A DNA stretch of 63,537 bases, the filler included, from Thraustochytrium aureum (taxonomy: Eukaryota), in the NCBI GenBank assembly GCA_012862495.1. It is 7 parts of 3 records of this genome, joined end to end, with 100 filler letters (N's around TTAATTAATTAA, not from the genome) between each part and the next. Parts side by side here need not be neighbours in the genome. Positions count along the whole stretch, not along the records: positions 1 to 5,464 come from BLSG01000238.1; positions 5,565 to 16,101 come from BLSG01000239.1; 5 more parts are not named here. One strand, 5' to 3'. The translations under genes and the position numbers were made by a program. Below are positions 1 to 11,499 of the stretch, piece after piece; the first letter of the stretch is position 1; each line of letters starts with the position of its first letter. The notes under the pieces are model-generated. The model made no database searches. It was given only the letters and a program-made list of their open reading frames with translations, and had not been told where the DNA came from.

Positions 1-1
1 C

Positions 2-601
2 GGCCGCGAGCAGGCCTCAGCTTGCGCGACCTGCAGCGCCGCGTCGTGCGAGCCAGAGTTTCTCTCCTGCACCGGGTTTGCCGTGATGCCTGCGGTTGCG
101 GGCGACAAGGTGACGTCGCTTGTCGAGGGCGACACGATGATAGCCGTTGCGGGCGGCGCAGCTGGCTTTGTGCTGTTGCTCTTGGCAGCCTCGGCTCTGT
201 TCGTCGCGCGGCGGCGCAGGAAGCAGTCGGTCGAGCGCCACGCCACCATGAAGGCTGTCGCTGCATTTGGGGGCAATGACGGGGTCAAGGGCTCGGCCGA
301 GTTTGACAACCCGCTTTATGAATCGTTCCATGACGCGCCCCAGGAGAATGCGCCAAAGGTTATCCTGTTGCCGCCACCACTTCCGGCCTCGCGCGCCCCC
401 GTTGCCTCGACTGGCAAGGCCGTCAAGTGTTTCAAAGCAGTCTACCCCAGCGTCGGGACTGCTGATGACGAACTCACGCTCGCTGTTGGGGCTCGCGTGG
501 AAGGCCTGGAGCTGATCGACGCCAACTGGTGGTGGGCTCGTGACGCGGCCACTGGCGCAGAAGGCCTGGTCCCGTCCAATATATTGGAGCTTGACTTGTA
601 G
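2..601 (+). CDS. Single-pass membrane protein with cytoplasmic FDNPLY motif and C-terminal SH3 domain (5' end outside the window)
   Basis: Frame is open from nt 2 (Cys-rich ACATCSAASCEPEFLSC). It has a hydrophobic TM segment IAVAGGAAGFVLLLLAASALFVA followed by RRRRK, then FDNPLY, a Pro-rich stretch and the SH3 signature FKAVYP..DELTL..G..NWWW..EGLVPSNIL. Stop at 599-601. Confidence 0.8.
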   Translation, partial: GREQASACATCSAASCEPEFLSCTGFAVMPAVAGDKVTSLVEGDTMIAVAGGAAGFVLLLLAASALFVARRRRKQSVERHATMKAVAAFGGNDGVKGSAEFDNPLYESFHDAPQENAPKVILLPPPLPASRAPVASTGKAVKCFKAVYPSVGTADDELTLAVGARVEGLELIDANWWWARDAATGAEGLVPSNILELDL

Positions 602-958
602 CAAAGCAAAATTCCTTCCTTCATGTGGGAGCACTCTCTACCTGCTCTACCGCTAGCTAGCGGTGGTCGCTGCGCACGCCCCCGCGCTCGGCTGGTTGCG
701 CGCTCGCTGCTAGCAGAGCTCCGGCAAGTACGTAGAGCTCTCTCAAGTATCTCTAGTAGAGAGAAGAGCGAGTCGCGAGCGAGCAGCAACAGCACGGCGA
801 GAGCTCAATTGCTGGTATTGTTTTCATGGTTCACTATGTTCGAGTGGGCTGACTGCCGGCAGCCAGCCCACTTTCTGCTACAAACAGGCAGGGTCGCACA
901 CGAGGGCCGCCATTTGCTCCCCAAGCGCCGGCCGTGTGTCCGCGCCGCGCCCGCGCGA

Positions 959-3900
959 TCAAAAGTTGACGCGCGACGACCGCGGCGACTGGCTCGCGAG
1001 CGACACGCTCCCGTCAGACGACAGGTAGCCGTTCTTGCCGCTCTTGCGGGCCGACTTGGTGCGGCCCAAGATGCCCTTCTTCTTCGTCTTGGACGCCGAA
1101 GCGCCGAGCCCAAACTTGTCGATGTCATCAAAGGCGTCCAAGCGGCGCGACGGAACTGCCTTGCGCGTAGGCATCACCGTTGACGAGGCGCGGTGCGTGG
1201 GCGGGTCCACAACTGGCGCTGGGGCGTGATTCGACTTGGCCGACTTGGTTCGCGTGAAGAGCGCGCGCGTCAGCTTTGGCGAGGCGCCCTTGTGCGAGTT
1301 GAAAAAGTCCAGGTCGTCCTTGTGCGGCTTGGCCTTCTTGGACGAGGTCGCCGCCACTGCGGCGGCTGCAGAGGAGGAGGACGATGCGGCCATCTTCTTC
1401 TTCGAGCGCGAGTCGCTTCTCCCCGCCGAGCTGCGCTTCTTGCGCGGCGTGGTGTACGAGTAGTAGTAGTCCGACTCGCCCGACTCCTCCTCGTCGTCGT
1501 CCCGCTCGGCCTCGTCGTCGTCGTCCGAGGCGCGCCGGCCCTTTTGGCGGCGGCGCGCGCGCCGCGCATAGTTGCGAGAGGCCGACTCGAGGACCTTTTG
1601 CCGTTCCTGTGCCTCGAGCATGAGGCCAGCCCCGGTCATCATGGCCACGCCAAGGACAACCAGGCCGATGACGAGGGCAGGGTTCGTGAGGAGGAACATG
1701 ACGGCCATCGGCACGACGTAGAGCATAACCGCGCCGCGCTCGCCCCCGTTCGCAGCCTCGATGGCCTCTTCCTCGGCGCGGCGCTCCTGCTCGAGCATCT
1801 CCTTGGTTTTCTTGGCGGCGAGCATGCGCGCGAGCGACTGGAGGTGCAGCGCGGCGGACTCTGTGACCTTTTCGGCGTAGAGGTTGTTGGCGAGCTTTTG
1901 GGCCTTGATGACGCGCGCCACGCCCTGGAGCATGATGGCCGCGCGCTGGCGCATCGACTCTTCGCGGATCTCGCGGAGGCGGTCTTTCATCACCTTTTGC
2001 TTGTAGGCGCGCTTGATCTTCTTCGCAGCGTCCTCGCGCGAGCGCAGGACGGGGATGAGCCGCTGGCGAGCGATCATGCCGCGCGCGATGCGCTGCACCT
2101 GAACGGCGGCGCGGCGCTTGGCGAGAAAGTTGGTCAGGCGGCGGCGGACCAGGTATCCGCGCACGTTGCGCTGGATGCGCTTGGCGGCGCGCACCTTGCG
2201 CGTGGCGCGGTACGTGACGAGCCAGACGCGGATGTTGCGCTGCAGAAGCAAGATGTACTTGCGCAGCGCCTCGGCCTTCTGGATCTCGAGCGTGCTGTAG
2301 GCGTGCGGCTTGAGGAAGACCTTGGTGTGGCCGATCTGGTAGTCGTCGAAGAGGCGCAGCTCGCTGTTGGACAGGATTTTCTCGCACGTGGCGCGCAGCG
2401 ACTCCGCGTCGCCCTTGCTGATGAGCTTTTGGGTCTTGCGCGCCGCGTTCTTGGCGCTCTTGTGCGCCAGCGCGCTGAAGCGCTGAGCAAACTCGCGCAG
2501 CGGGAAGCGCGTGCTGTACCCGGCGCGAGCCACCTTGACGACCTCGAGCACGCCCGAGTAGCACAGCTGCTCCTCGACGCGAAGGCGGTCGAAGACGTCG
2601 GCCACGTTCTGGTCGTTCGACTTGAGGCAGCGCACGTAGTGCGGCTCGCTGGCGCGGATGTGGTTCATGGCCACGTTGAGCTGCGTCTTGAAGTGGCTCG
2701 ACACCGTCTTGCTCTGCAGCCGCGACGAGGTCGGCGAGACGCGGCGGTGGCGCTCCAACGAGCTCCGGAACGGCTTGGGCTTGGCGCTCAGCTGCGAAAA
2801 GTACTCCATCGGGTCCGACCCGCCCCCCGCGCTGGCGGCGTCCGGGGGGCAGGAGGATGCTAAAGAGCTCGATTTTGCTCGAGCGCATCAGGTCGACGGC
2901 CCTCCTGGCGCAGCTCGTTCTTGTTCTTGCGGCAAAACCCGTCCACGTCGTACGTGACCTCGCCGGCAAAGTGGCTCACCATGAACTGGTTGCGCACCTT
3001 TTCGTTGCGGCCGGCCAGAAAGTGCGCCTTGTACTTGTTGGCTAGGTTCTGGTACAGCTTGGCCGCCAGGGACTGGTCCGTCCCGTTCGGGTAGAGGCAC
3101 TCCTCGTCCAAGAGCGAGAGCAGCCCGATGGGCCGGGTCTCGATCATCTCGAGGCAGGCCGAGTTGTCGGGGAACTCTATCACGGTCCAGTCAACCCCTT
3201 CGGCCTCGTACTCTTGCTGCTCGAGCTCGAACACAAACTCGTTGAACTGGGCTTGGAGCGTCTCGTTCGTGTAGTTGATCAGCAGCTGCTCGAACGAGTT
3301 CTTCTCGAAGACCTCAAAGCCGAAGATGTCCAGGCACCCGATCGAGTAGTCGTTGAAAAACTCGCGCTCTGCCTTGCCTTGCTTTTTCGAGCCCCCGCGC
3401 GGGGCCACGCGCCCCGACTTGGCCCGCACCTTGCTCTTCAGCGTGATCGACTCGTTGATGCGCCACACGATCCAGGCGAACAGCCTCTCGTACAGCGACT
3501 GGGCCATCCCGTCGCGCGCTTGCGCTGCCTGCTCGGGCGTGTGCCGCTTGACAAAGTTTTCGCCCAACGACATGGTGGCCTTGATCGCCGAGAGCGTCCC
3601 GGCGACCCCGCCCACGCCGACGTTGATGGAGCGCGTGGTCAGCGCGTCGCCGAGCCGCTTCTTGTGGACGCGCAGCAGCTCTGCGCACGCCTCGAGCGAG
3701 GCCTCGCTTGCGCGCGTCACGCGCGACCCGTCCGCGCCGTCGGTGCGGTCCTCCTCGAACTCGACGTTGCCGAGGTGAAGGATGGCGACGACCATGCGAA
3801 ACACAGCCTCCTGCTCGTCGGGCGAAAAGCCGACGATGTCGAACGCCTGCTGCGTGAGCTTGAACTGGTCGCGGTCCGTCACGTCGGCGCGCGCGTAGCA

Positions 3901-5083
3901 GCCCGACGCGTTCGTGTACCTGCAGTCCTCGAGTGGGGGGAACAGGAGGTTTGCCTTTTCGGAGCTGCCGAGCCCAGCCGCCATCTCGTAGAAGATGTGG
4001 TAGTTGCGCTCGCCGCGAACCTGGTGCACCACGCGCGACTTTTCTAAGAGGTATATGTCGATCGCGGCGCCCACCAAGTGGTAGTTCTTCTCGTGGAATT
4101 GCAGCTGGATCAGCTTGCCGAACCNNNNNNNNNNNNNNNNNNNNNNNNNNNNNNNNNNNNNNNNNNNNNNNNNNNNNNNNNNNNNNNNNNNNNNNNNNNN
4201 NNNNNNNNNNNNNNNNNNNNNNNNNNNNNNNNNNNNNNNNNNNNNNNNNNNNNNNNNNNNNNNNNNNNNNNNNNNNNNNNNNNNNNNNNNNNNNNNNNNN
4301 NNNNNNNNNNNNNNNNNNNNNNNNNNNNNNNNNNNNNNNNNNNNNNNNNNNNNNNNNNNNNNNNNNNNNNNNNNNNNNNNNNNNNNNNNNNNNNNNNNNN
4401 NNNNNNNNNNNCCCAAAGGCCTCCATCAGCGGGTTGGCCTCCAGCACGCGCTGCGAGACGCCTGCTTCCTTGGCGACGCGCTTGCTCGTCCGCCGCGAGG
4501 AGCGCGTCGACGCCTTGATGGATTCTTCGTAGTTGCCCGAGCTCACCACGGTGAGGTAGTTCATCACGATCTTGGTCGACACGGTCTTGCCGGCGCCCGA
4601 CTCGCCTGAAACCAGGATCGACTGGTTCCGCCCGGCATTGTCGATCATCGCCTCGTACGCGTTGTGCGCGAGCACCCATGCGTGCGGCGACATCTCGTTG
4701 CGCTGGCCGATCTCGGCGTTCAGGTACTTGAGCATGCGCTTGGGCTCGTACAGCGTTTTCAGCGGCTTGAACGGGTTTAGCGCGATCAGGATTTTGCCGC
4801 AGAACGAGTAGATCTTGTCCTTTTTGAACCGCTCGTGCAGGGCGGCCAGCAGAGCGGGGTGGTGGAGGTCGGGGAGCTTTGTCAGGTCCTCTACCTTGGC
4901 CTCCTGAGACGGTGTTGTTGAGCAGTACTCGACGTCCTCAATGCTCACCGTCACGCTTCCACCGCGCTCCGTCTTGACCTTGAGCTTGTCGCCAGACCTG
5001 CTCGACACGTGTCCTCGCACCCATGCCTCGTCCGGGCAGCGCGCCCATACCGGCTCGCCTTCCTTGAATCTATCCTTGCCCAT
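959..5083 (-). CDS. Myosin (N-terminal SH3-like domain, motor, ~5-6 IQ motifs, hydrophobic hairpin, basic low-complexity tail); interrupted by a gap and two apparent frameshifts
   Basis: Motor motifs ILIALNPFK, P-loop SGESGAGKT, EANPLMEAFG, FGKLIQLQF, LLEKSRVV, ERNYHIFY, LDIFGFE, NSFEQLLINYTNE, PHYVRCLKSN and GHTKVFLK. IQ repeats such as IQRNVRGYLVRR. N gap 4125-4411; frames rejoin if one base is removed from the homopolymers near 2900 and 2845. Confidence 0.95.
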
Positions 5084-5464
5084 CTTGCCTGCCGCCAGAC
5101 TCGGCAGCTGGCCGGCCCCGCGCGCGCTCGGCGCGTCCGCAGCTCTGCCACCCAAGCCGCGGCGTGGTGGTGCGCGCGCTGGCGAGCGACTATTTCGAGG
5201 CCGTCCGCGACCTGCGGCCGAGAGCAGCGGGTCGACCCGCCCGCGGAGGCCGGGCAACGACGGCGTTCACCGGCGCGCGCGTCCAGGACGTGTCGCGTGG
5301 CGCTTCGCAGCCTGCCGCGCTCGTCTGCTCCAGGCGCCCGCTCGCTGCCTTCCTCGACGTCGATGTGTTCTGCTCGCTCGCTCCTTCCCTCGCCCACGTG
5401 TGTTGCGCTGCCCTTCGCTCAAAATCACAATCAATCAATCAATCAAAAACTCAGTTCTCAAAAA

Positions 5465-5564
5465 NNNNNNNNNNNNNNNNNNNNNNNNNNNNNNNNNNNN
5501 NNNNNNNNTTAATTAATTAANNNNNNNNNNNNNNNNNNNNNNNNNNNNNNNNNNNNNNNNNNNN
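5465..5564. other. Artificial assembly linker (44N-TTAATTAATTAA-44N)
   Basis: Exact 100-nt structure with stops in all six frames; identical at six places in the window. Confidence 0.97.
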
Positions 5565-6196
5565 ACCGTCAACGCCTTGCAGCTGTCACGCATTGTCCCC
5601 ATGGTAATTACTCGTGGTACTCTGAACGGCAGTGCAGCAGGCTGTATTCCTTGGCAGACGGAGCTCTTGCCGCAGATGGCGCTTGACGCCAGGCAAGCAG
5701 CCGCAATAGCTGAGGACCTCCAAAACAAAGCCAAGCAGACTGGCAACGCGCAAGATACGCAGAGACGGTCGCAAGGCCTCCGCGGGAGCTTCGAGCAAGA
5801 CACGGCGCAGGCCAAGAGGTCCGCAGGCGCAGTTGCAAAATGGCGAGCGTAATCCAATTGAGATGGTGCCTGGTCGCAAGGGCTTCGGTTGCTTGTGGCA
5901 TGGTCCGTTCTGAGTTGTCTTGATGTTACATTTTGTTGGTAGGAGGTGACGACAATGTCGGCGGCGCTGCCGCGCGGCGGCGCGCCAATACGAGCACCGC
6001 AGCGAAGGTTTGAGTTGAGCGCGGGTGGATGCGTGGACGGACGCATCTAGTACGGATGGTTAGTTTGGATCCGACGAACCGCTGGCCAATGTGCGAGCAA
6101 TGCGCGAACGTGTCATTGATCCAGAATCCAAGTCCTGGGCCTCGCCGGCGGGGCCAGCTGGCTGATGCGCCTCGCGAGACGGTTAAATACCAGCTC

Positions 6197-7020
6197 CTAC
6201 CCGTTATCCGCGTCCTCCCCCAAAACATTGTCCTCCAAGAACCGAACGCCTGGCGCAACCTCGGCGATTGAGGTAGCAGTAAATCTTTGCCGGACTTTGG
6301 CACGCAGACTCCGCGAAACGCGGCGGCACGAGTCCAACCGCAAGTGCTCGAGGCGGGGGAGACGCTCGAGGTATTCCACGGCCCGCTCGGTAACAAGCGT
6401 CCCCGAGAGCCGCACGACGCGAAGCTCGCAGAGCGCCGTCGGGTCCAGCATGCTCGCCTCAAAGATATCGTCTGAGGCGCTGCTCCGCTGGAGCGACACA
6501 ACCCGGAGCCGTTTTGACGCGCACAGAAACGCGTCGAGCCCCCGACACCGTAGCTCGCAGTTGTCTAGCAAAAGATTGGCGAGGCGCGGCGCGGCCTCGG
6601 TCGCTGTCGGCGGCCACTCGATGCGGCTTTTAATGGAATCGCTGAGGTCCAGCGTGTGCAGCGTCTGGCCCACGGCAGCTACCAAGAGCCCAACTTTGGT
6701 GAGGGAGCCGACCTTGCGCAGTACCAGCGTGCGCAGCGGCGGCTTGCGCGCGATGATGCGGCGCAGCAAGCTGTCGTCCGCGTACGGCGCGAGCGACAGG
6801 CACAGCTCCTCCAAGCCGTCTGCTACGAACGCGTTGATGTGCTGGGAACGCAGCCGACCAGCCGACCAAACGCTCAGCGACTGCAGGTTTGCACGCTCCC
6901 CCGCCGCCGACGTCGCAAGGGACAACCCCGTGCCGTCCAGTATCTCGAGCTTGCGCAGCGACGGTCGGCTCAGCACCGCCCCGCGCTGTCGCCTGTCAGC
7001 GAGGTTGCGCGCAGCTCCTC
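6197..7020 (-). CDS. Leucine-rich repeat protein (F-box/AMN1-type LRRs), C-terminal part; 5' portion lost in gap 7021-7700
   Basis: Repeated LxxLxL motifs: LQSLSV, LEELCLSL, LRTLVLRK, LHTLDLSD, LANLLLDNC, LRVVSLQR, LRVVRLSGT, LPRLEHLRLDSCRRVS. Confidence 0.75.
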
Positions 7021-7700
7021 NNNNNNNNNNNNNNNNNNNNNNNNNNNNNNNNNNNNNNNNNNNNNNNNNNNNNNNNNNNNNNNNNNNNNNNNNNNNNNNN
7101 NNNNNNNNNNNNNNNNNNNNNNNNNNNNNNNNNNNNNNNNNNNNNNNNNNNNNNNNNNNNNNNNNNNNNNNNNNNNNNNNNNNNNNNNNNNNNNNNNNNN
7201 NNNNNNNNNNNNNNNNNNNNNNNNNNNNNNNNNNNNNNNNNNNNNNNNNNNNNNNNNNNNNNNNNNNNNNNNNNNNNNNNNNNNNNNNNNNNNNNNNNNN
7301 NNNNNNNNNNNNNNNNNNNNNNNNNNNNNNNNNNNNNNNNNNNNNNNNNNNNNNNNNNNNNNNNNNNNNNNNNNNNNNNNNNNNNNNNNNNNNNNNNNNN
7401 NNNNNNNNNNNNNNNNNNNNNNNNNNNNNNNNNNNNNNNNNNNNNNNNNNNNNNNNNNNNNNNNNNNNNNNNNNNNNNNNNNNNNNNNNNNNNNNNNNNN
7501 NNNNNNNNNNNNNNNNNNNNNNNNNNNNNNNNNNNNNNNNNNNNNNNNNNNNNNNNNNNNNNNNNNNNNNNNNNNNNNNNNNNNNNNNNNNNNNNNNNNN
7601 NNNNNNNNNNNNNNNNNNNNNNNNNNNNNNNNNNNNNNNNNNNNNNNNNNNNNNNNNNNNNNNNNNNNNNNNNNNNNNNNNNNNNNNNNNNNNNNNNNNN

Positions 7701-10700
7701 GACTGAGGAGCCCAAACCCGCGCGCCGCAAGGAGGCCGGCCGCAGACCGCTGGATCGGATCCGCGGCGGCGCCCGGCCCGATCGAGCCGCGGCGCGGCAT
7801 CGCGGTCCTTGGCCGCGCTTTCTTGTCCTCGTTGCCTTGCCCAGCTTGGTCGACGCCGTCGCGCAAAGCAGCCTGCCTGCGGCGTGGGTCGTAGTTGGCC
7901 CTGCTGCGCGGAAGGCTGCTCAACGGGACCGGGCAAACCTTGTTCTGGTCCAAGAGCCCGCCAAGATCGTAGCAGGTTATGTGGCCAGCGTCGTCTCCGA
8001 CAGCCAGAACAAAGACTTGGCCGCCGTCTGCGGCAATGGTTCTGTGTGCGTGTCGGAAGGCGGCGCAAGACCCGAGGACCTGCGACGCCGCGTCGAACGA
8101 CATCACGCACATGCTCGTCACAGACTCGCGCCCTTGCACAACGCACAGCGGGCGCTCGTATTTCGACTGGCACGGGCGGACGCTCCACACCATGATCCTG
8201 CCTTTGCTGTCAGCCGAGACTAGGGCAGGGCGGCGGTCGCCCACAAAGGCTAGCGCGGTGACCTCGCCCGTGTGGCCCAGGCACGCGCCCTCAAAGTCAA
8301 AGCTGGCAAAGTCCCAGACCATCACGCGAGAGTCGGCGCCCCCCGAGGCGACCAAGCTGAGGTCAGGGCACACCGCTACGCAGTTAATGTCGCCGCGGTG
8401 GGCTTCTCGCACACGGCGTATCGACGTCAGCTCGTAGCCTGTGACCAGACCCGTCACCGGGGAGGCCGTCGGGCTCTCGCAGTGTGTGTGCAGCGCCCGG
8501 TCCNNNNNNNNNNNNNNNNNNNNNNNNNNNNNNNNNNNNNNNNNNNNNNNNNNNNNNNNNNNNNNNNNNNNNNNNNNNNNNNNNNNNNNNNNNNNNNNNN
8601 NNNNNNNNNNNNNNNNNNNNNNNNNNNNNNNNNNNNNNNNNNNNNNNNNNNNNNNNNNNNNNNNNNNNNNNNNNNNNNNNNNNNNNNNNNNNNNNNNNNN
8701 NNNNNNNNNNNNNNNNNNNNNNNNNNNNNNNNNNNNNNNNNNNNNNNNNNNNNNNNNNNNNNNNNNNNNNNNNNNNNNNNNNNNNNNNNNNNNNNNNNNN
8801 NNNNNNNNNNNNNNNNNNNNNNNNNNNNNNNNNNNNNNNNNNNNNNNNNNNNNNNNNNNNNNNNNNNNNNNNNNNNNNNNNNNNNNNNNNNNNNNNNNNN
8901 NNNNNNNNNNNNNNNNNNNNNNNNNNNNNNNNNNNNNNNNNNNNNNNNNNNNNNNNCTCCCGTTGAGGCCGACCACACCCCAGACCGTCCTACCGAGCGC
9001 CGCCACGAGCGTGTCGGTCGCTGCGTTGTGCCAGCCACCGACCGGGCTCGCTGTGTCCTGGATCGCGGCCCGCTCCGTGGGCTTGACAAGTGAGGTCTCT
9101 CCGAGCCTCGCTTTGGGGCCTGTTTGGTCTTGGCCTTGGAGCGAAGCGTCAAAGATGTGCAGCGTGCGCTCAGAGACTACGAGGCACTTGATGGGCCCAG
9201 TCACAAAGGCGCAGCAATTCGGACTGAGATTTCCCCACGGCACCACCTCCTGCACGCAAGGCACCTTGCTTGCCACGCAGGCCTCGTGCGAAACAATCCA
9301 CACGCGAAGGTGGCCAGCTCGGTCCATCGTCACGATTTGCTGCGAGCCGCCACCGCTTGGCGGAGGGCCCAGGTTGTGGTCCAGCCCCGCGCTGGCGCGT
9401 TCTTGCTGGTCGTCGAGGCCCTTCCCGAGAACCGAAATCGGTTCGTGTCGGTTCTGTCCTCCAAGGGGTACAGCCTCGACTTGAACGAGCGAGCAGCGGT
9501 GGCCAGATAGCCTGCACAAGAGCAGGCGACCGGTTGGGCACCAGCAAAACACGTCCTTTTCAAACCCGACCGAGACGACCAGGGCCCCACTTGCGGCGCT
9601 CGCCATGCTCGTCACGCCGAGTTTGTGGCCTGCGAGCCGCCAAGTGGGGCTCCCCTCAACGGTCCTTGGGGACTGAGCGTTGGGTGGTACTAGTTGAGCG
9701 AGCAGCGGCGCGCTGGCCGACTTGGGCGGAACTGTCCTTTTCCCTTCCGACGGGGCAGGATCCGCGTGGATGTCCTGAATGCTCCACGCCACGATGCGGC
9801 CGTCCAGGCCCGCAGAAAGGCAGACCTTATGCTCGGGGAGGCTCAGTAAAGCGCTAACGCGGCCCTTGTGCGCGCCTTGGAGTTTCCCGCACTCCCTGTT
9901 CACGTTGCCGTTCTGGTCGTTCTCAACTTGCCATGCCGTCACGTCGCCGTTGCTTGCGTCCGCGGACAGCAGCAGTCGGTGCGTCGCGTCCCAGTGCAGC
10001 AGCGACTGGGGATACGTCGTTCGCTTATGGGCTGCTCTGCGGACCCGGCACGTGCAGCTCGCGACGCCCTGCACGATTTGCCAAAAGCTGAGCACGCCGT
10101 CGCTTGAGCTCGTCACGAACGTGCCCAGCTGTCGCGTCGCGGGCGCCTGAGTGCAAGCAAGCTCATTTGACACGCAGAGCTCCGTGGCGAGGATGGCGCG
10201 CTGCACGCCAACGCCAGGCGACACTGGCGATGCAGGTTTGCCGCGCCTGGCTGTATTTGTGGCGCAGGCTGCGCAAGTTTGCTCGCCGACGGTCCTGGCG
10301 CCCTTGCCACCAGCTTGCCAGCGAGCGCTACCGCGGACCTCGCTTTCCCGCCGCGACGCGGCGCCTTTGATGGCGGCTCGTTTCCTGCCAGAGAAAACTG
10401 CCACTCGTGCTCGTCCTGGCAGGCCTCCATCACCCCGATTGGTTCTAAGAGCCCATTGAAAAGCTTGACAGCTCCCCTGCGCTCCTCGCACACCGCAAGA
10501 AGACCGGCGCGCTGCGTGAACTGGAGCCAGCGGACTTGTCGCGGGTGGCGCGTGTCCGGGGCGCTTGTTGTGCCGTGCCGCCGCTCGTGAAAGCTGAGAA
10601 TACCAATCTCACGCCCAGCTGCATTAGTGACGCTAATCCCGACCTCGATGCAGTGCTCGCTGAACTCTTCCCAGGTCACGGTACCGTCGCCGTCGATATC

Positions 10701-10922
10701 GATCTCATCGAAAAGCTGGCACAGGTCCTGGACCACGCTGTCGCGCTCCTTTTGCGCCAGCTCGCGGAGCTCATCGTCATTCTGCACAACGTCGTGCATA
10801 ACCCGTACAAACTCGCGCATGTTCAAGCCTTGTCCCGCGCGAGTCTTGCCCTCTTCGATGACTCGAAACGCCGAGCACAGCTCGTCCAGCGCATTCTTGC
10901 TCAGTTTCAGCAACGCTTCCAT
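7701..10922 (-). CDS. EF-hand plus WD40-repeat protein (WDR49/EFCAB8-like architecture); frame switch near 10200-10260, gap 8504-8956, 3' end in gap
   Basis: EF-hand LFDEIDIDGDGTVTWEEF in ORF 10113..10922. WD40 repeats AHKGRVSAL..SAGLDGRIVAW, GHKLGVTSM, AHRGDINCVAV..SGGADSRVMVWDF and GHTGEVTALAF in ORF 6970..10491. Confidence 0.85.
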
Positions 10923-11443
10923 CGCGCTCTACCTCGCTCCATCCGCGCGCGGCGCCTGCCTCAACTGAGCAGCGCCCTGGCTTGTACCTAAAGAGCGTAT
11001 CTGCGGGGTCTGCCACCGCCAAGCCCTGTGAGCGCCTGCGCTGGACGCTGCCCGCGCAGCGAGAGCGAGTAGGAACGGGCCTTGGGACTTGAACTCGCGA
11101 GCCCCTCGCGCCCACTCCGCGTTCGTCGCCCGAGAGCCCGGGCGCTACGTGACGTGCGCAGCCTTTGGGGTCCCGCGAGATCTTCTGGGACCCGTGGAGC
11201 CCTGTGGCGAGCGCGAGAGCCGTGCTGGCGGGCCGGTCTGCGCGGTGGGCTTTCGACCCGCGCGTGCCAAGTCAGCGCTCGTCGCGAGAGAGCCCGAACG
11301 CCGCGGGAATGAACGTGTGGGCGTTGTGAGCCCCGTGAGGCCCGAGCCACGTGGCGAGCGTGAGAGAGCCGTGCGCGCGAGAGTCTACTCGACTTGGAGT
11401 CCTGAGTGCCGAGTCGACAATGCATTTGGCCGTTGCCCGAACC

Positions 11444-11499
11444 AACAGGGATAACCCAACAGGGATAACCCTGCAGTGTTAACCCTGCAGGGATAACCT
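11444..11499 (+). repeat. Four-copy 14-bp tandem repeat (consensus nnCAGGGATAACCC)
   Basis: AACAGGGATAACCC AACAGGGATAACCC TGCAGTGTTAACCC TGCAGGGATAACCT. Confidence 0.85.

Noticed and set aside
1128..2969. Long alternative-frame and antisense ORFs overlapping real genes, here and throughout the window
   Set aside because: These are expected shadow ORFs in high-GC coding DNA, with Arg/Ala/Pro-rich translations lacking domains; many are also inflated by N runs.
5509..5520. TTAATTAATTAA repeated six times as a biological motif (PacI or piggyBac TTAA target)
   Set aside because: It is always flanked by exactly 44 N on each side, which marks it as an assembly linker.
5577..5852. Possible 3' end of a plus-strand gene after the linker
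   Set aside because: Short, with no recognisable motif; cannot be supported.
11444..11499. Resemblance of AGGGATAAC/AACAGGG to the I-SceI site or the LSU rRNA motif CAGGGATAAC
   Set aside because: Only 9-10 nt match, with no flanking rRNA sequence and no full 18-bp site.
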